A DNA stretch of 32,000 nucleotides from Propionibacterium freudenreichii subsp. freudenreichii (lineage in GTDB: Bacteria; Actinomycetota; Actinomycetes; Propionibacteriales; Propionibacteriaceae). Of the stretch, positions 28,138-32,000 are shown one piece after another; positions within the stretch are counted from its first letter, which is position 1; the number at the start of each line of letters is the position of its first letter. Below the pieces are notes generated by a model that saw nothing but the letters and a program-made list of their open reading frames with translations, did not search any database and was not told where the DNA came from. The position numbers and the translations under genes were made by a program. The DNA lies in contig NZ_CP010341.1 in the NCBI RefSeq assembly GCF_000940845.1, positions 1,740,001 to 1,772,000 on the forward strand, in the 5' to 3' direction.

Positions 28138-29106
28138 ATGTCTGCAATTCACGATTCCATCACCGAACTCATCTTCAACACGCCGCTGGTGCGCGCACCC
28201 CATTACCTGAAGGCAGCCGGCGCCCCTGATGCCGACATCGCCCTCAAGCTGGAGTACTTCAACCCGGCCGGTTCGGTGAAGGACCGCATTGCCCTGGCAA
28301 TGATTACCGACGCCGAGAAGCGCGGCGTCCTGAAGCCCGGCGGCACCATCATCGAGCCCAGCTCGGGCAACACCGGTATCGGCCTGGCCGCCGTGGGCAC
28401 CGCCCGCGGCTACAAGGTGAAGGTCGTGCTTCCCGCCAGCCTGTCGGTTGAGCGCCGCGCGCTGATCCAGGCCTACGGCGGCGAGGTCATCCTCACCCCC
28501 GGACCGCTGGCCATCAAGGGCTCCATCGCCTACGCCAAGCAGCTGCACGAAGCCGACCCCTCCTCGGTGATCCTCGGCCAGTTCGACAACCCGGCCAACC
28601 CGGAGATCCACTACAAGACCACCGGCCCGGAGATCTGGAAGGACACCGACGGCACCGTCGACGTCTTCATTGCCGGAATCGGCACCGGCGGCACCCTGTC
28701 GGGCGCCGGCAAGTACCTGAAGGAACAGAAGCCCGACCTCAAGGTGATCGGCATCGAGCCCGCCAAGAGCCCGATCCTCGAGGGTGGCAAGCCCGGCCCG
28801 CACGGAATCCAGGGCATTGGCACCGGCTTCGTCCCCAACACGCTTGACCGTTCGGTCTACGACGAGGTTGTGGGCATCACCGACGAGGACTCCATTGCCC
28901 AGGCCCGCCTGCTCGGCACCGCCGAGGGCATCTTCGTGGGCATCAGCTCCGGTGCTGCCCTGACCGCCGCCCTGCAGATCGCCGCCCGCGACGAGTACAA
29001 GGGCAAGCGCATCGTGGCCCTGCTCCCCGATTCGGGCGACCGCTACCTGTCCACCGCCCTCGGCCAGTTCCCCGAGCTCACCGTGCACGAGGACGTCGAG
29101 CTCTGA
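28138..29106 (+). CDS. cysK: cysteine synthase A (O-acetylserine sulfhydrylase)
   Basis: 322 aa. NPAGSVKDR PLP-lysine motif, PSSGNTG, and GIGTGGTLSG. Confidence 0.93.
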   Translation: MSAIHDSITELIFNTPLVRAPHYLKAAGAPDADIALKLEYFNPAGSVKDRIALAMITDAEKRGVLKPGGTIIEPSSGNTGIGLAAVGTARGYKVKVVLPASLSVERRALIQAYGGEVILTPGPLAIKGSIAYAKQLHEADPSSVILGQFDNPANPEIHYKTTGPEIWKDTDGTVDVFIAGIGTGGTLSGAGKYLKEQKPDLKVIGIEPAKSPILEGGKPGPHGIQGIGTGFVPNTLDRSVYDEVVGITDEDSIAQARLLGTAEGIFVGISSGAALTAALQIAARDEYKGKRIVALLPDSGDRYLSTALGQFPELTVHEDVEL

Positions 29107-29284
29107 GCGACAGCCCGGCCCCAACGCACACATAATCACCACTGACAGGTCCGTCACCCCGGCCCTGCCGGCCCACAAGGACGCCGTCTCCGAGGGAAGT
29201 CACCCGCCCGCGGACGCGGCGTCCTTGCGCGTTCCGGCACCCGTCCGCCCACCATCGTCATGGCAGGGCCCCAACCTCCCAGAT

Positions 29285-29311
29285 AATGTGATATCACTTT
29301 GGTATCACATT
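29285..29311. promoter_or_regulatory. nested AT-rich palindromes immediately after a GATAAT -10-like box; candidate operator of the SPFH-RHH operon
   Basis: aatgtgata (29285-29293) and tatcacatt (29303-29311) are a perfect 9-bp inverted repeat. gtgatatcac (29288-29297) is itself a perfect palindrome. GATAAT lies at 29282-29287, and the SD gagagga plus the ATG follow within 15 nt. Confidence 0.5.
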
Positions 29312-29325
29312 GAGAGGATTCCACC

Positions 29326-30294
29326 ATGACCACTCCTCAGTCCCCTGACGCCTCGGGCACGCCACTACCGGACGATGCCCTGGTGCACTCCCCCGCCGGC
29401 CATCCAGTAGGACGCGAGGGAAGCCGCGTCGACATCAACGAACGCAGGGCCTGGGCCATCACCGGGCTGCCCGGGATCCTCATCGCCCTGGCGCTGCTGG
29501 CCGTTGGTGCCTGGCTCTTCCTGGCCGAGGACATGCCAGAATTCAGCGCACCGCTGGGCGTGGTGCTGGCCGTCATCGGCCTGCTGCTGTTCAGTGGCCT
29601 GGCGGTGATCAGCCCCGGCCAGACCCGCGTAGTGCAGTTCTTCGGCGCCTACATCGGCACAGTGCGACGCACCGGCCTGGTGATGACCGTGCCGCTCACC
29701 ACCCGCCGCAAGGTGTCGGTCAAGGTGAACAACTTCGAGACCAACGAGCTGAAGGTCAACGACTCCGAGGGCAATCCGGTCAACATCGCCGCCATCATCG
29801 TGTGGCAGGTGGCCGACACCGCCAAGTCGGTGTTCGCCGTGGAGAATGCCCACGAGTTCGTGGCCGTGCAGTCGGAGTCGGCGCTGCGCCACATCGCGGG
29901 CGCCCATCCCTATGACAACGGGGAGCCCGGCGCCGAGACGCTGCGCGGGGCCACCGAGAAGGTGGCCGACGAGCTGGCTGCCGAGGTGGCCGCCCGCATC
30001 GCCATCGCCGGCCTTGAGGTGATCGAGGCCCGCATCAGCTCGCTGGCCTACGCCCCCGAGATCGCCCAGGCCATGCTGCAACGCCAGCAGGCCTCGGCGG
30101 TGATCGCCGCGCGCGAGAAGATCGTCGAGGGCGCCGTGACCATGGTGCAGAACGCCCTCAACCAGCTGGAGGAGCAGGACATCGTGGCACTTGACGATGG
30201 GCGCAAGGCCGCCATGGTGTCGAACCTGCTCGTGGTGCTGTGCTCCGACTCCCGCGCGACCCCGGTGGTCAACGCCGGAACGCTCTACAACTGA
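29326..30294 (+). CDS. SPFH/band-7 domain membrane protein
   Basis: 322 aa. Pro-rich N-terminus, two TM helices ([21 protein letters not shown] and [19 protein letters not shown]), then an SPFH core ([24 protein letters not shown]...[18 protein letters not shown]...ALRHIAG) and a coiled-coil-like Ala/Glu-rich tail. Confidence 0.85.
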   Translation: MTTPQSPDASGTPLPDDALVHSPAGHPVGREGSRVDINERRAWAITGLPGILIALALLAVGAWLFLAEDMPEFSAPLGVVLAVIGLLLFSGLAVISPGQTRVVQFFGAYIGTVRRTGLVMTVPLTTRRKVSVKVNNFETNELKVNDSEGNPVNIAAIIVWQVADTAKSVFAVENAHEFVAVQSESALRHIAGAHPYDNGEPGAETLRGATEKVADELAAEVAARIAIAGLEVIEARISSLAYAPEIAQAMLQRQQASAVIAAREKIVEGAVTMVQNALNQLEEQDIVALDDGRKAAMVSNLLVVLCSDSRATPVVNAGTLYN

Positions 30295-30306
30295 TCCGCT
30301 GGCGCC

Positions 30307-30531
30307 ATGAGTGAGCGCAAGACGCTCCTGCTGCGACTTGACCCTGCCGTGCACGACGCACTGCAGCGGTGGGCCAATGACGAACTACGGTCGACCAACG
30401 CGCAGATGGAGATGGTCCTCCGCGACGCGCTGCGGCGCGCGGGACGACTGCCGAAGGACGTGAAGCCCATCCGGAAACCGGGGCGTCCACCGGCACGACG
30501 GAACAAGGGGGACGACCAGCCCACGACGTGA
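30307..30531 (+). CDS. Arc/MetJ-type ribbon-helix-helix DNA-binding protein with a basic GRP (AT-hook-like) tail
   Basis: 74 aa. KTLLLRLDPAVHDALQRWANDELRSTNAQMEMVLRDALRRAG fits a beta-strand/helix/helix RHH pattern. The tail is KPIRKPGRPPARRNKG. Starts 12 nt after the SPFH stop. Confidence 0.7.
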   Translation: MSERKTLLLRLDPAVHDALQRWANDELRSTNAQMEMVLRDALRRAGRLPKDVKPIRKPGRPPARRNKGDDQPTT

Positions 30532-30533
30532 GG

Positions 30534-30574
30534 GACGGTCGCAGCCCGGCCAAGTGGGCCGGGCTGCGACCGTC
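30534..30574. terminator. bidirectional hairpin terminator between the convergent RHH and MFS genes
   Basis: gacggtcgcagcccggcc-aagtg-ggccgggctgcgaccgtc forms an 18-bp perfect stem. Confidence 0.75.
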
Positions 30575-30633
30575 ATGTCACATCTCGTGCAGATCAGGCT
30601 CCCCCGACCAAGGCCGGGGGATGACGTCCGGGC

Positions 30634-31911
30634 TCAGCGGGCGAATGCCGGCAGCTCGTCGTCGACGTCACCGCGCGCCGAGGCGATGATGCCGAAGGTG
30701 ACGAACAGGACGGCACTGATGATCAGGGCCACCAGCGGCACGGTCCACCCGTTGGTGATTCCGTGCACGGCGCCCACGAGCCAGGTGCCGACGCCGGCAA
30801 TCAGATAGCCGAGGGCCTGGGAGAACCCGGACAGCTGCGCGGTCACCAGCGGATCGCGGCTGCGTTCGGCCACCAGGGCAATGGCCAGCGGGAAGGCCCA
30901 GCCCGACAGCGAGAGCATGATCGTCCACAACCACGGCAGCGCGGCCGGGGCGAGCAACAGCCCGACATAGCCGCCGGCCAGCAGGATACCCAGCACCACG
31001 ATCATGCCGGTGGGCCGCGTCAGCTTCTGGGCGACGATGGGCATCACCAGCCCGCCGGGAATGGCAATCACGTTGAACAGCGACAGCAACAGGCTCGCCT
31101 GGGCCACCGACAGGCCGGCGTCCCGGAAGATCTGCGGCAACCACCCGAAGGACACATAGGCCTGCATGGACTGCAGCCCGAAGAACAGTCCGAGCGCCAG
31201 CCCCTTGCGGGTGCGCGCGATCTCCCACATCGTCGGACCCTTGCGCTGCACGGCGCCCTCGGTCATGTCACGCATGTGCCCGGCATGGGGCGCGATGGCG
31301 GCGACCACCACCCACACCACCAGTGCGACGGCGGCCGTGGCACCCCACACACCCAGGTTGAGCTGCCAGTTGCCCGGATGGGACGCGAAGATCACCGGCA
31401 CGAGCAGGCTCGGCGCCAGGGCACCGATCGGCAGCACGGTGGTGTACACCGACATCATGCCGGCCACATGCCCGGGGAAGAAGCGCTTGACGAACACCGG
31501 GGCCAGCACATTGCCGACCGCCATGCCGGCCAGCGCGAGCACGCTGAGCGCCAGGAAGCTCATCTCGCCGTGCACGAGCACCCGGCCCAGGAGCCCCCCG
31601 GTGATCACCAGGGCGGCGACGGCCAGGGTGCGGGTGGTGCCGAAGCGACCGCCGATGCGGGCGGCGAAGGCGCCGATGATGGCGAAGCAGAAGGGTGGCA
31701 TCGCACTCAGCAGCGCCGCCACGCCCGGGCCCATGTGCAGCCCGGCACGCAGTTCGCTGAGCAACGGACCGATCGAGGTCGCGCCCGGACGCAGGTTCAC
31801 TGCCAGGACAATGACCGCCACCACCGCCAACCACACGGGCAGGTGGCGTCGGATCCGATGGCTGGGATTCAACGTCGGTTCAGTCTCGATAGTGGATGTC
31901 ACATTCGACAT
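30634..31911 (-). CDS. MFS transporter, CynX/cyanate-permease-like family
   Basis: 425 aa from MSNVTSTIETEP, preceded by a perfect gaaggag SD. NLRPGATSIGPLLSELRAGLHMGPGVAALLSAMPPFCFAI resembles the CynX N-terminal signature. About 12 TM segments. Confidence 0.85.
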   Translation of the reverse strand: MSNVTSTIETEPTLNPSHRIRRHLPVWLAVVAVIVLAVNLRPGATSIGPLLSELRAGLHMGPGVAALLSAMPPFCFAIIGAFAARIGGRFGTTRTLAVAALVITGGLLGRVLVHGEMSFLALSVLALAGMAVGNVLAPVFVKRFFPGHVAGMMSVYTTVLPIGALAPSLLVPVIFASHPGNWQLNLGVWGATAAVALVVWVVVAAIAPHAGHMRDMTEGAVQRKGPTMWEIARTRKGLALGLFFGLQSMQAYVSFGWLPQIFRDAGLSVAQASLLLSLFNVIAIPGGLVMPIVAQKLTRPTGMIVVLGILLAGGYVGLLLAPAALPWLWTIMLSLSGWAFPLAIALVAERSRDPLVTAQLSGFSQALGYLIAGVGTWLVGAVHGITNGWTVPLVALIISAVLFVTFGIIASARGDVDDELPAFAR

Positions 31912-32000
31912 GGATGCTCCTTCTGGGCCAGAACGCCAGCTGATCAACCGTCGCGGCCCCGGCCATCATGCCCCCGATCTCACCATTCGGGAACTTTTCG

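Noticed and set aside
29287-29308. TGTGA...TCACA in the SPFH upstream palindrome as a CRP/GlxR site
   Set aside because: The half-site spacing is 13 nt rather than the N6 of the CRP consensus. The pattern is better described as GTGATA/TATCAC half-sites for a different, possibly RHH, binder.

Overview
High-GC actinobacterial chromosome segment. Gene content and order fit Propionibacteriaceae, and my best guess is Propionibacterium freudenreichii or a close relative (inference only, no search was possible). Most of the window is ordinary and tightly packed. 1-13.2 kb is conserved actinobacterial core: dapA (partial), an O-methyltransferase, divergent glgC/glgA, a DUF3117 mini-protein below the ORF-track cutoff, a DivIVA-domain protein, a ClC channel, a long-form LOG protein, divergent dapE/dapD, a Tat lipoprotein, an fdxA-dapC operon and a 2-hydroxyacid dehydrogenase. 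13.3-20.8 kb is an aspartate/fumarate block: fumC, an orphan Trp-rich ORF between two strong terminators, and two tandem aspartate ammonia-lyase paralogues with a 1799-bp register. The second paralogue is followed, with 4-nt and 12-nt gaps, by dcuA and an Asp/Glu-type racemase. The aspA1/aspA2 spacer and dcuA-racemase are visibly lower in GC than their surroundings. 20.9-32 kb holds a marR-MFS operon divergent from a PAT-like GNAT, a purine-type PRTase, an M20D amidohydrolase divergent from an orphan PLP-fold-like protein, a DAG-kinase-family lipid kinase, cysK, an SPFH protein with a small ribbon-helix-helix partner, and a CynX-like MFS transporter. I recognised no rRNA, tRNA, CRISPR array, transposase or integrase. 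I did not find a convincing new multi-gene system such as a defence island. The best follow-up candidates are the aspA2-dcuA-racemase module with its mosaic paralogue and regulatory spacer, and the SPFH-RHH pair with its nested AT-rich palindromic operator. Many long ORFs in the supplied track are antisense or alternative-frame artefacts of high GC and were rejected.
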